Part shown: positions 9,536 through 18,372 of the stretch, piece after piece
Numbering within the stretch: the first letter of the stretch is position 1
Layout of the letters: each line of letters begins with the position of its first letter
Source: Flavobacteriales bacterium
GTDB lineage: Bacteria > Bacteroidota > Bacteroidia > Flavobacteriales_E > Vicingaceae
Length of the DNA: 64,000 nucleotides
Assembly (NCBI GenBank): GCA_020853105.1
Contig: JADYZM010000061.1
Location: 13,410-77,409 of the forward strand
Direction: 5' to 3'
The notes under the pieces: generated by a model
The model's input: the letters and a program-made list of their open reading frames with translations, nothing else
Told to the model about the DNA's origin: nothing
Database searches by the model: none
Position numbers and translations under genes: made by a program

Positions 9536-9907
9536 TTAAAACTCTTTTAACATATCTCTATACGTTTCCAAATCCTCCCTATTGGAAGTGTTTTTTCTAT
9601 CCAACATCAATGATAATAAATAATCTAAGCTTTCTCGTTTATTTTCAAAATCTTCCATATCCATTTCATCAATTTCCACACCCTCTTCTATCACCTCATC
9701 TGTTGGAATTGGAATACTAAACGTGCCGGTATTACTTATGTGCTCATAAGTCAGCCTTAAAACTTTTGTAAGAGTTGGATCGTTTTCAGCCAATGCGAAA
9801 TTTCTTAATTCTTGTAAATCTTTAACTAATTTGTCTTTAACAATACCAGATTTAGCTAAATCTCGTTGTATCTTTACAATTAATTTGTTTCCTTCTAAAT
9901 TTTCCAT
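9536..9907 (-). CDS. Hypothetical acidic protein
   Basis: 123-aa ORF with a plausible start and composition; no motif recognised. Confidence 0.6.
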   Translation of the reverse strand: MENLEGNKLIVKIQRDLAKSGIVKDKLVKDLQELRNFALAENDPTLTKVLRLTYEHISNTGTFSIPIPTDEVIEEGVEIDEMDMEDFENKRESLDYLLSLMLDRKNTSNREDLETYRDMLKEF

Positions 9908-9987
9908 AAATGATTGAGTATAATTTGGTGGCTGCGAAATTAAAAAAAAGTTTAAACGTAATTTTATTTTAAATTCAAATTTTATCT

Positions 9988-10956
9988 ATGTCGCAATCGA
10001 TAAATTCAAAAAAAACCATGTTAAATGAACTGTTAGGCACAAAATATCCTATAATTATGGCTCCTATGTTCTTGGTTTCAAACCCAGAAATGATTATTGC
10101 CGCAGGAAAATCAGGAATTAGCGGTGCAATTCCTGCTCATAATTACAGGAGTGTAGATGAGTTTCGCCAAGTATTGGCTATGTTAAAAAAAGACTGTCCA
10201 GCTCCTTTTGGGGTAAATTTGATTGTTAATAAATCAAACTTTTTTTACAAAGAACAACTCAAGGCTTGTTGCGATTTACAAGTAGATTACATCATCACTT
10301 CATTGGGTTCACCAGAGGAAACAATTGTTGCTGCACATAAAAAAGGCATAAAAGTATTTTGCGACGTGGTAGATTCGGGATATGCGAAAAAAGTAGAATC
10401 GTTAGGTGCTGATGCTGTTATTGCCGTAAACAACAAAGCAGGAGGTCATGCCGGTCCAAAACCTGCTAAAGAGCTGATTGAAGAGCTAAATTCAACATGT
10501 AACATTCCTGTTATTTCAGCAGGAGGTGTTGGAAACAAAAAACAATATCAAGAAATTCTTTCTTATGGTGCTGCAGGACTATCTATTGGAACAATTTTTA
10601 TAGCTTCAAACGAATGTCCTGTGTCTGATGAATACAAAGAAGCTTGTATCCAATATGGTGCTAAAGATATTGTTATGACCTCCAAACTTTCAGGAACACC
10701 TTGTTCTGTGATTAAAACTCCATACGTTGAAAAAATTGGAACCGAACAAAACACTCTGGAAAAACTGTTGAATAAAAACAGACAATTAAAAAAATGGGTA
10801 AAAGCATTTACATTCTACAAAGGCATGAAAAAACTCCAAAAAGCTGCATTCAGCGCAACCTATCAAACGGTGTGGTGTGCCGGACCTAGTATTGAAGAGG
10901 TAAAATCAATTAGACCTATTTCACAAATAGTTGAAGAGTTAGTAAATGGAAAATAA
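9988..10956 (+). CDS. Nitronate monooxygenase / FabK-like flavin oxidoreductase
   Basis: YPIIMAPMFLVS, PFGVNLIV, AGGHAG, PVISAGGVG and GTIFIAS motifs. Confidence 0.8.
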   Translation: MSQSINSKKTMLNELLGTKYPIIMAPMFLVSNPEMIIAAGKSGISGAIPAHNYRSVDEFRQVLAMLKKDCPAPFGVNLIVNKSNFFYKEQLKACCDLQVDYIITSLGSPEETIVAAHKKGIKVFCDVVDSGYAKKVESLGADAVIAVNNKAGGHAGPKPAKELIEELNSTCNIPVISAGGVGNKKQYQEILSYGAAGLSIGTIFIASNECPVSDEYKEACIQYGAKDIVMTSKLSGTPCSVIKTPYVEKIGTEQNTLEKLLNKNRQLKKWVKAFTFYKGMKKLQKAAFSATYQTVWCAGPSIEEVKSIRPISQIVEELVNGK

Positions 10957-11416
10957 GCTACTAAAAAAAATAAAGTGGAATCTTTTCTTAATGGGAAAGT
11001 TTAAAATCCCTTTGCTTGGTTATACGGGAGTTAAACTAGATTACATATCTGATTCTGAGGCAAGGGTGAGCATCAAACTAAAACGACGCACAAAAAACCA
11101 CTTGAACTCGATGTATTTTGGTGCAATGGCAGTTGGAGCTGATGTCGCTGGAGGCATTCATGCTTTTTATTATGCTCTCAACATGAACAAAAAAATTTCA
11201 TTTGCATTCAAATCCATGAATGCCCAGTTTTTAAAACGAGCAGAATCAGACTGTGTTTTTATTTCAAAAGATGGGGAAAAAGTTAAAAATGCGGTACTGC
11301 AATCTATTAGCAATAATGAAAGGATAAATCAGAAAATTAAAGTTGTTGCGTTTAATTCTTTGCATGAGCCTGTTGCAGAATTTGAAATGGAGATTTCAGT
11401 AAAATGTCTGAATTAA
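10946..11416 (+). CDS. PaaI/YiiD-like hotdog-fold thioesterase (DUF4442-like)
   Basis: TKNHLNSMYFGAM hotdog signature; overlaps the end of the upstream gene. Confidence 0.7.
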   Translation: MENKLLKKIKWNLFLMGKFKIPLLGYTGVKLDYISDSEARVSIKLKRRTKNHLNSMYFGAMAVGADVAGGIHAFYYALNMNKKISFAFKSMNAQFLKRAESDCVFISKDGEKVKNAVLQSISNNERINQKIKVVAFNSLHEPVAEFEMEISVKCLN

Positions 11417-11418
11417 CT

Positions 11419-11832
11419 TTACTTTTTACTCTCCAGATAACTCTGAAGAATAATGGTAGCACTGATTTCATCAATTAATGCTTTGTTTTGACGAGCCTTT
11501 TTGCTCAATCCTGAATCTATCATCGTTTGAAAAGCCATTTTCGATGTAAATCGCTCGTCAACACGTTCTACTTTTATTTCCGGAAATCTTTTTTTCAAGT
11601 TTTTTACAAACGGTTCAATAAATCTAGCCGATTCAGCAGGATTATTTTTCAAATCTTTAGGCTCACCCACCACAAAACATTCAACCCGATTGTTTTTCAA
11701 ATAATTTTCTAAAAAAGAGATTATATTTTTAGAGTGAACAGTAGTTAATCCGCTTGCAATAATTTGCAAATCATCAGTTACAGCTATTCCTACCCTTTTT
11801 TGACCATAATCTATTGCAACAATTTTCGGCAT
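11419..11832 (-). CDS. ruvX: Holliday junction resolvase-like / pre-16S rRNA nuclease RuvX (YqgF)
   Basis: AIDYGQKRVGIA, VVGEP, DERFTS and DEISATIILQSYL. Confidence 0.92.
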   Translation of the reverse strand: MPKIVAIDYGQKRVGIAVTDDLQIIASGLTTVHSKNIISFLENYLKNNRVECFVVGEPKDLKNNPAESARFIEPFVKNLKKRFPEIKVERVDERFTSKMAFQTMIDSGLSKKARQNKALIDEISATIILQSYLESKK

Positions 11833-11917
11833 TTGATTTCTGTTTTAAATCAGTAATTATTTTGAAAACTTCACTTAACATTTTTTACCACAATTCGGTT
11901 GGGTCTATACATTTTAC

Positions 11918-11925
11918 TAAATTTG
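11918..11925 (+). promoter_or_regulatory. Bacteroidota sigma-A -7 element for ribBA
   Basis: TAAATTTG matches TAnnTTTG 13 bp before the ATG. Confidence 0.55.
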
Positions 11926-11938
11926 CAAAAAAAATCTG

Positions 11939-13150
11939 ATGGGAACAAAGTTAAACAAAATTGAAGAAGCTATTTCCGATATTAGAAACGGCAAAATAGT
12001 TATTGTGGTTGATGATGAAGACAGAGAAAACGAAGGCGATTTTGTTGCTGCTTCACGATGTGTTACTCCCGAAATGATTAATTTTATGGCTACTCATGGC
12101 AGAGGACTTATATGTGCACCTCTCATTGAAAGCCGTTGTGTAGATTTGGATTTGAACCTGATGGTACAAACCAATAACGCAGCCTACGAAACACCATTTA
12201 CGGTTTCTGTTGATTTAATTGGACATGGCTGCACAACCGGTATTTCAGCAAGTGATAGAGCAAAAACTATTTTAGCTCTGATTGACCCCAAAACAAAAAA
12301 AGAAGAATTAGGAAAGCCGGGGCACATCTTCCCTCTAAAAGCAAAAACCGAAGGCGTTTTAAGAAGGGCTGGACACACCGAAGCAGCTATTGACTTAGCC
12401 CGTTTAGCAGGTTTTGAACCTGCAGGCGTTATTGTTGAAATAATGAACGAAGACGGCACTATGGCTCGACTTTCGGATTTATTAAAAATTGCCCAAAAGT
12501 TCGAACTTAAAATAATTTCCATAAAAGACCTTATCTCCTACCGACTCCAACATGAAACCCTCATTAAAAGAGTTGTTGAAGTTGATTTGCCTACTGAATT
12601 TGGAGATTTTAAAATGATTGCCTTCAAACAACTGACAAACGACATGGATCATTTGGTTTTAGTGAAAGGAACTTGGAAAAAAGATGAACCTGTTCTTGTT
12701 CGTGTTCACTCATCATGTATGACAGGAGATATTTTCGGCTCTTGCAGATGCGACTGCGGTCCACAACTCCACAAAGCCATGCAGTTGATTGAAGAAAATG
12801 GAAAAGGGGTTATTGTCTATATGAACCAAGAAGGAAGAGGTATTGGTTTAGTGAATAAACTTAAAGCATACAAACTTCAAGAGCAAGGAAGAGATACGGT
12901 TGAAGCTAATCTTGAGCTGGGGTTTAAACCCGACCAACGTGACTATGGAATTGGTGCTCAAATTCTACGTGATTTGGGTATTTCTAAAATTAAATTATTG
13001 AGCAACAATCCTAAAAAAAGAACAGGATTAACAGGATATGGTCTAGAAATAGTTGAGAATGTAGCCATCGAAATCAAATCAAACAAACACAATAAAAATT
13101 ACTTAAAAACAAAGAGAGACAAACTCGGTCACTCGCTTAAAATGGATTAA
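11939..13150 (+). CDS. ribBA: Bifunctional DHBP synthase / GTP cyclohydrolase II
   Basis: [37 protein letters not shown] and QEGRGIGL. Confidence 0.95.
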   Translation: MGTKLNKIEEAISDIRNGKIVIVVDDEDRENEGDFVAASRCVTPEMINFMATHGRGLICAPLIESRCVDLDLNLMVQTNNAAYETPFTVSVDLIGHGCTTGISASDRAKTILALIDPKTKKEELGKPGHIFPLKAKTEGVLRRAGHTEAAIDLARLAGFEPAGVIVEIMNEDGTMARLSDLLKIAQKFELKIISIKDLISYRLQHETLIKRVVEVDLPTEFGDFKMIAFKQLTNDMDHLVLVKGTWKKDEPVLVRVHSSCMTGDIFGSCRCDCGPQLHKAMQLIEENGKGVIVYMNQEGRGIGLVNKLKAYKLQEQGRDTVEANLELGFKPDQRDYGIGAQILRDLGISKIKLLSNNPKKRTGLTGYGLEIVENVAIEIKSNKHNKNYLKTKRDKLGHSLKMD

Positions 13151-13154
13151 ACCT

Positions 13155-13877
13155 ATGGGAAGAGCATTTGAATTTAGAAAAGCCCGAAAATTTAAACGAT
13201 GGGGGCAAATGGCAAAAACTTTTACCAGAATTGGTAAAGACCTTGTTATGGCTGTTAAAGAAGGTGGTCCAGACCCTGAGGCAAACTCCAGATTAAGAGC
13301 AGTTATGCAAAATGCAAAAGCTGCAAACATGCCTAAAGATAATGTTGAGAGAGCCATTAAAAGAGCTACCGATAAAGATACAAGTAACTATAAAGAAATA
13401 CTTTTTGAAGGATATGCACCCCATGGAATAGCCATTTTGGTTGAAACAGCAACAGACAACAACAACAGAACTGTTGCAAACCTTAGAAGTTATTTCAACA
13501 AATGTGAAGGAAACTTAGGTACTTCAGGTTCTGTTGTTTTTATGTTCGACCACACATGCAATTTCAGAATTAAAAATGACGGAACAAACATTGAAGATTT
13601 AGAATTGGAATTGATTGATTTTGGTGCTGAAGAAGTTTTTACCGACGAAGACGGCATAATTATCTACGCTCCGTTTGAAAGCTTTGGTAAAATCCAATCC
13701 TATTTAGAACAAAACAAAAAAGAAATACTTTCTTCCGGGTTTGAACGTATTGCTCAAGTTACAAAAAAACTCACTCCCGAACAAGAAGCCGATGTGAACA
13801 AACTCTTAGAAAAAATCGAGGAGGACGATGATGTTCAGAATGTTTATCACACAATGGAAGCAACAATAGAAGCATAA
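13155..13877 (+). CDS. yebC: YebC/PmpR family protein
   Basis: GGPDPEANSRLR, NMPKDNVERAI, FEGYAPHG, TDNNNRT and EDDDVQNVYH. Confidence 0.9.
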   Translation: MGRAFEFRKARKFKRWGQMAKTFTRIGKDLVMAVKEGGPDPEANSRLRAVMQNAKAANMPKDNVERAIKRATDKDTSNYKEILFEGYAPHGIAILVETATDNNNRTVANLRSYFNKCEGNLGTSGSVVFMFDHTCNFRIKNDGTNIEDLELELIDFGAEEVFTDEDGIIIYAPFESFGKIQSYLEQNKKEILSSGFERIAQVTKKLTPEQEADVNKLLEKIEEDDDVQNVYHTMEATIEA

Positions 13878-13985
13878 AGTATTTTTGAGTACTTTATACT
13901 TCGTACTGGATTGTAATAAAAGTTTACAAATTACTTTTACAACATTTTTCTTTTGGGTAAAGTATAGTTCCGTTTTTGTATTCCG

Positions 13986-13993
13986 TAATTTTG
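13986..13993 (+). promoter_or_regulatory. -7 promoter element for the TonB-dependent receptor
   Basis: TAATTTTG 16 bp upstream of the ATG. Confidence 0.5.
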
Positions 13994-14009
13994 CAGCTTC
14001 TTATCTAAG

Positions 14010-16427
14010 ATGAAACTATTTGGTTCTATACTTCTATTTGTCGTGTTTCTGCATGAATTAAATGCTCAAACAAACAAAACCCACCAATTATCCGGAAAAA
14101 TAATTGACAATACAGGTGACGTAGTTTCGTATGCAGCAATAGCAGCTTTTAAAACATCTGACTCTAGTTATGTGAGTGGTGCTGCATCTGACATGAATGG
14201 TAACTACTCTCTGAAACTTACCAATGGAAACTACTACATCAAGGTTTCTTTCTTAAGCTTTGAAAATAAAATCATTCCGAACGTAAAAATAGAAAACAAA
14301 GATATTAAGCTCCCTCCCATCAAACTAGTTCCTTCTTCATTAAAAATTGAGGAATTTGAATTTGTTGACGAAAAAAAAATAATGGAAATCGATTTGGATA
14401 AAAAAGTATTCAATATCGATAAAGACATAACTTCGCAAGGAAGCAACGCAGCCGAAATTTTAAACAACGTTCCGTCTGTTTCCGTAGATGTTGACGGAAA
14501 CGTAAGCTTGAGAGGAAGCGGTAACGTGAGAATACTTATCAACGGTAAACCATCTGGACTCACAGGAACAAACACAGCTGACGCAATAAGACAACTTCAG
14601 GGAAGTCAAATTGAAAAAATTGAAGTCATTTCAAACCCTTCGGCAAGATACGATGCTGAAGGTGAAGTTGGAATTATCAATATTGTTTTGAAAAAAGACA
14701 ACAGACAAGGAATCAATGGCTCTGTTAATGTAGATTTTGGTTATCCTTCATTTTTGGGAGGAGGATTTAACCTTTCTTATAAAAAGAAAAATATTACTGT
14801 TTTTACCGGCTTGGGTTCTAATTATAGAGAATCTGTTGGTGTAAGCAATTTCAAACAAACATTTACATATCCAGACACCAGTTTTAAATACGTGAATAAA
14901 ACCGATAGGTTGAGGGCTGAACAAAACAACAACTTCAGGCTGGGTACCGAAATTTATTTGAACGAAAAAAACTCATTTACCCTTTCCGGAAGTGGCAATT
15001 TAGGAACCGGATACAATACTGTTGATGTAGATTATACAGACTACAACGAACAACTAAAACCTGTCCAATTAGTAACCCGAAACGAGTATGAAGACAAAGA
15101 CCTAAATTCGTATGATTTGGCTTTTAACTATAGAAAAACTTTTGAGCAAAAAGACAGGCTGTTAACTTTCGATGCTCAATATTCATCAAATACAGACAAC
15201 GAAAAATCCATCATTGTTCAAAATAATTCTGTTGATATGAACGACAACACCTACTCGTCTGTTTTTAACAACGAAGGTTCTAAAAACATTTTGCTTCAAA
15301 CCGATTATATTCACCCCTTTGAAAACAAAGGAAAACTGGAAATGGGTTTTCGCGGAAATTACAAGTCAATAGATGACGATTATGCGGTTAGTACGCTCAA
15401 CAAAACAACCGGACAATTTGAAATTTATCCAGGATTTAAAAATCTGATGTACTACTACGAAAACATTTCTGCAGCCTATATCATGTATGGGCAAAAAATC
15501 AATAAATTTTCATATCAAATAGGGTTGCGAACAGAACATTCAAATGTTTCTACAAAATTTGTAGCAACAAACGAAACAAATAATCGCAATTACACAAATC
15601 TTTTTCCAAGCACGCACCTTTCGTATCAAATAAAAGGTGAGAACGCTATACAATTCAGCTACAGTAAAAGAATCAAACGTCCACACCATTGGAGTTTACT
15701 ACCGTTTTACGGCATTAGCGACATCAGAAACACCTTCTTCGGTAACCCTAAATTAAACCCGGAATATACTGACGCTTTGGAACTGGGATATATGAATTAC
15801 TTCAAAAAAGGTTCGTTACTTTCTTCGGTGTATTACAGATATTCAACAGGAGTAACCGAGCATATCCTTATCTCATCAGGAACAGGAACAACTTCTCGTA
15901 TACCAATTAATTTGGGATACAGAAACTCTTATGGAATTGAATTTTCAGGCTCTTACCAGCTTTTCAAGTGGTGGGATTTAAGAGGCGACTTAAACTTCTA
16001 CCGTGCAATAACTGATGGAAATTATCTAGGAGTAAGCTATTTTAGTGATACCTACTCTTGGTCAAACAAGTTAACTTCAAAATGGAATATCAAAAAATTG
16101 GTGGGTATTCAATCTTCATTTGATTTTAATGCACCTCAAAAAACCACACAAGGTGAAGATTATGCCAGGTATGGTCTTAATCTGGGAGTTTCTGTTGACG
16201 TGTTAAAAGGCAACGGCACTATCAATTTTAACATTAATGATGTTTTTAACTCCAGACGAAGAAGAGGAACAAGTTACGGTGAAAACTTTTACTCTGAAAG
16301 CGATTTTCAATGGAATTCTCGTTCTTTCAGAATAAGTTTCACATATCGAATCAATCAAACTAAAAAACAAGCAGAGAGAAACAACAGAAACAACTCGTTC
16401 GACGAAGGTGGTGGTGGTGGAATGTAA
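14010..16427 (+). CDS. TonB-dependent receptor / outer-membrane beta-barrel with N-terminal carboxypeptidase-regulatory-like domain
   Basis: Signal peptide, plug motifs (VPSVSVDVDGNVSLRG, IEVISNPSARYDAEG), GNPKLNPEY, terminal RISFTYR strand. Confidence 0.85.
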   Translation: MKLFGSILLFVVFLHELNAQTNKTHQLSGKIIDNTGDVVSYAAIAAFKTSDSSYVSGAASDMNGNYSLKLTNGNYYIKVSFLSFENKIIPNVKIENKDIKLPPIKLVPSSLKIEEFEFVDEKKIMEIDLDKKVFNIDKDITSQGSNAAEILNNVPSVSVDVDGNVSLRGSGNVRILINGKPSGLTGTNTADAIRQLQGSQIEKIEVISNPSARYDAEGEVGIINIVLKKDNRQGINGSVNVDFGYPSFLGGGFNLSYKKKNITVFTGLGSNYRESVGVSNFKQTFTYPDTSFKYVNKTDRLRAEQNNNFRLGTEIYLNEKNSFTLSGSGNLGTGYNTVDVDYTDYNEQLKPVQLVTRNEYEDKDLNSYDLAFNYRKTFEQKDRLLTFDAQYSSNTDNEKSIIVQNNSVDMNDNTYSSVFNNEGSKNILLQTDYIHPFENKGKLEMGFRGNYKSIDDDYAVSTLNKTTGQFEIYPGFKNLMYYYENISAAYIMYGQKINKFSYQIGLRTEHSNVSTKFVATNETNNRNYTNLFPSTHLSYQIKGENAIQFSYSKRIKRPHHWSLLPFYGISDIRNTFFGNPKLNPEYTDALELGYMNYFKKGSLLSSVYYRYSTGVTEHILISSGTGTTSRIPINLGYRNSYGIEFSGSYQLFKWWDLRGDLNFYRAITDGNYLGVSYFSDTYSWSNKLTSKWNIKKLVGIQSSFDFNAPQKTTQGEDYARYGLNLGVSVDVLKGNGTINFNINDVFNSRRRRGTSYGENFYSESDFQWNSRSFRISFTYRINQTKKQAERNNRNNSFDEGGGGGM

Positions 16428-16428
16428 A

Positions 16429-16458
16429 AAAAAGAGGCTGATTTTTCAGCCTCTTTTT
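16429..16458. terminator. Bidirectional intrinsic terminator
   Basis: AAAAAGAGGCTGA-TTTT-TCAGCCTCTTTTT hairpin between convergent genes. Confidence 0.85.
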
Positions 16459-16461
16459 AAT

Positions 16462-17709
16462 CTATTTACTAAATTCCAAAATAGTTTTCTTTATAATTGA
16501 AACGCAATCCAGAAGATGCTCTTTATTCATCACTAAAGGTGGTGCAAAACGAATAATATTACCGTGTGTAGGTTTTGCCAGTAATCCGTTATCTCTCAGT
16601 TTCATACAAATATCCCAAGCCGTTGAACTATCTTCAGTATCATTAATTACAATAGCATTAAGAAGACCTTTTCCTCTAACCAATTGTACCAACGGTGATT
16701 GGTCAACCAAGGTCTGCATCTCTTTTCGAAACAATTCTCCTAAAACTTTTGCATTTCCTGCTAAATTTTCCTCTTTAACAACCTCTAAAGCAGCAATAGC
16801 TACCTTTGCAGCAATTGGGTTACCACCAAAAGTGGAACCATGCTGACCAGGTTTTATAACATTCATTATATTATCATTAGCTAATACAGCTGAAACGGGA
16901 TAAACACCTCCCGACAATGCTTTTCCTAAAATTAACACGTCCGGTACCACATTTTCATAATCGCAAGCTAACAGTTCACCTGTTCTTGCAATTCCTGTTT
17001 GAACTTCATCGGCTATAAATAGAACTCCGGCAGCTTTACACAATTCATACGCTTCTTCCAAATATCCATCGTTTGGCACATATACACCTGCTTCTCCTTG
17101 AATAGGCTCTACTAAAAATCCAACCACATTATCATCTCTAAGTGCCTTTTCCAATGCATCAATATTATTGTATGGAATTTTAATAAATCCGGGAGTAAAC
17201 GGTCCGAAATTAGTGTAAGAAGTTGGATCGCTGCTAAAAGAAACAATCGTAGTAGTTCTTCCGTGAAAATTACCTTCACAAACAATAATTTTTGCTTTGT
17301 TTTCTTCAACACCTTTTACTTCATAACCCCACTTTCTTGTAAGCTTAATTGCTGTTTCAACTGCTTCAGCACCAGTGTTCATGGGTAAAACTTTATCATA
17401 GCCGAAATATTCGGTAACATATTTTTCATAAACACCCAACACATTGTTATAAAAAGCTCTTGAAGTAAGAGTAAGCGTTTGTGCTTGTTCTATAAGTGCC
17501 TTAATTATTTTGGGATGACTGTGTCCTTGATTTACAGCAGAATACGCTGATAAAAAGTCATAATATTTTTTCCCTTCTACATCCCAAACATAAACACCTT
17601 CTCCTTTAGCCAATACCACGGGCAAAGGGTGATAGTTATGAGCCCCATACTGGTTTTCCAGATTAATCAATTGACTTGATGTAGATTTTGGTTTTGTCAT
17701 TGTTTCCAT
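16462..17709 (-). CDS. rocD: Ornithine--oxo-acid aminotransferase
   Basis: [40 protein letters not shown] lysine in [17 protein letters not shown]. Confidence 0.95.
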   Translation of the reverse strand: METMTKPKSTSSQLINLENQYGAHNYHPLPVVLAKGEGVYVWDVEGKKYYDFLSAYSAVNQGHSHPKIIKALIEQAQTLTLTSRAFYNNVLGVYEKYVTEYFGYDKVLPMNTGAEAVETAIKLTRKWGYEVKGVEENKAKIIVCEGNFHGRTTTIVSFSSDPTSYTNFGPFTPGFIKIPYNNIDALEKALRDDNVVGFLVEPIQGEAGVYVPNDGYLEEAYELCKAAGVLFIADEVQTGIARTGELLACDYENVVPDVLILGKALSGGVYPVSAVLANDNIMNVIKPGQHGSTFGGNPIAAKVAIAALEVVKEENLAGNAKVLGELFRKEMQTLVDQSPLVQLVRGKGLLNAIVINDTEDSSTAWDICMKLRDNGLLAKPTHGNIIRFAPPLVMNKEHLLDCVSIIKKTILEFSK

Positions 17710-17801
17710 AGTTTATAGATTTAAAAAGGCTCATCGCGGAGAGCAAATATCCTTTCCTCATTGAAACAACATAAAATGTTATTAATGGAGAGAAATCATC
17801 C
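17710..17801 (-). promoter_or_regulatory. Candidate structured 5' leader of rocD
   Basis: Starts just downstream of a TAACTTTG -7 element. Contains a bulged hairpin with inner stem AATAACAT/ATGTTGTT, then a GCTC/GAGC hairpin followed by CTTTTT. Confidence 0.35.
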
Positions 17802-17805
17802 AAGA

Positions 17806-17813
17806 CAAAGTTA
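17806..17813 (-). promoter_or_regulatory. -7 promoter element for rocD
   Basis: TAACTTTG on the minus strand. Confidence 0.55.
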
Positions 17814-17825
17814 ACAAAAGAAACT

Positions 17826-17833
17826 TAATTTTG
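17826..17833 (+). promoter_or_regulatory. -7 promoter element for the DUF559-rlmD transcript
   Basis: TAATTTTG(C) on the plus strand, back-to-back with the rocD element and ~13 bp before repeat copy 1. Confidence 0.5.
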
Positions 17834-17846
17834 CTAAAACTTTTAA

Positions 17847-17916
17847 ACTCTCCCCTAACTCCTCTCTTGAAAGAGAGGGGAAAGAATAACAAAAGTTATT
17901 CAGGGGTGAGTTAAAA
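17847..17916 (+). repeat. Structured REP-like direct repeat, copy 1
   Basis: ACTCTCCCCTAACTCCTCTCTTGAAAGAGAGGGGAAAGAATAACAAAAGTTATTCAGGGGTGAGTTAAAA; an outer stem plus two hairpins. Confidence 0.9.
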
Positions 17917-17933
17917 TGCTGAATTCTTCCTAA

Positions 17934-18353
17934 ATGAAAGAAAAGAAAACCATTACCCAACTTGCAAGAGATTTAAGAAAAAATCAAACTGCTTCAGAAA
18001 ATTTATTATGGCAGAACTTAAGAAATAGAAAACTTAATGGCTTTAAATTTAACAGGCAATTTCCTATAGTTTATGGTCGTAATTTTGATGGGACTTCACT
18101 CTTTTTTATCGCTGATTTTTATTGCCATGAAAAGAAATTAATAATAGAACTTGATGGAAAAATTCATGAATTTCAGAAAGAATACGATAAAGAAAGAGAT
18201 ACTATATTAAACAAACTTGGTTTAAGCGTTATTAGAATTAAAAATGAAGAACTTGATAAATTATCAGAGGTTTTGGGAAAAATTAGAAACATACTCTCCC
18301 CTAACCCCTCTCTTGAAAGAGAGGGAAAGATTATCGTAGATAATCAAGGGTGA
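17934..18353 (+). CDS. DUF559 family (Vsr-like PD-(D/E)XK) endonuclease
   Basis: ARDLRKNQTASENLLWQNLRNRKLNGFKFNRQFPI, FIADFYCHEKKLIIELDGKIH, YDKERDTIL..LGLSVIRIKNEE. The last ~19 codons read through repeat copy 2. Confidence 0.9.
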   Translation: MKEKKTITQLARDLRKNQTASENLLWQNLRNRKLNGFKFNRQFPIVYGRNFDGTSLFFIADFYCHEKKLIIELDGKIHEFQKEYDKERDTILNKLGLSVIRIKNEELDKLSEVLGKIRNILSPNPSLEREGKIIVDNQG

Positions 18354-18360
18354 GTTAAAA
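18293..18360 (+). repeat. Structured REP-like direct repeat, copy 2
   Basis: ACTCTCCCCTAACCCCTCTCTTGAAAGAGAGGGAAAGATTATCGTAGATAATCAAGGGTGAGTTAAAA; 60/70 identical to copy 1 by manual alignment. Confidence 0.9.
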
Positions 18361-18372
18361 AAGTAAAAACTT

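Larger units (their letters stand above)
17847..18360 (+). mobile_element. Putative minimal mobile/selfish cassette: repeat - DUF559 endonuclease - repeat
   Basis: A single endonuclease gene bracketed by two homologous structured repeats, between core genes rocD and rlmD. Mobility is inferred, not shown. Confidence 0.5.

Noticed and set aside
17710-17801. rocD leader as a SAM-II riboswitch
   Set aside because: Only the UGAUUU segment resembles it; the 3' AAAU...GCUAAA pseudoknot elements are missing.
17847-17916. Repeat as a hammerhead or other known self-cleaving ribozyme
   Set aside because: It is a three-way junction, but the CUGAnGA core is absent on both strands.
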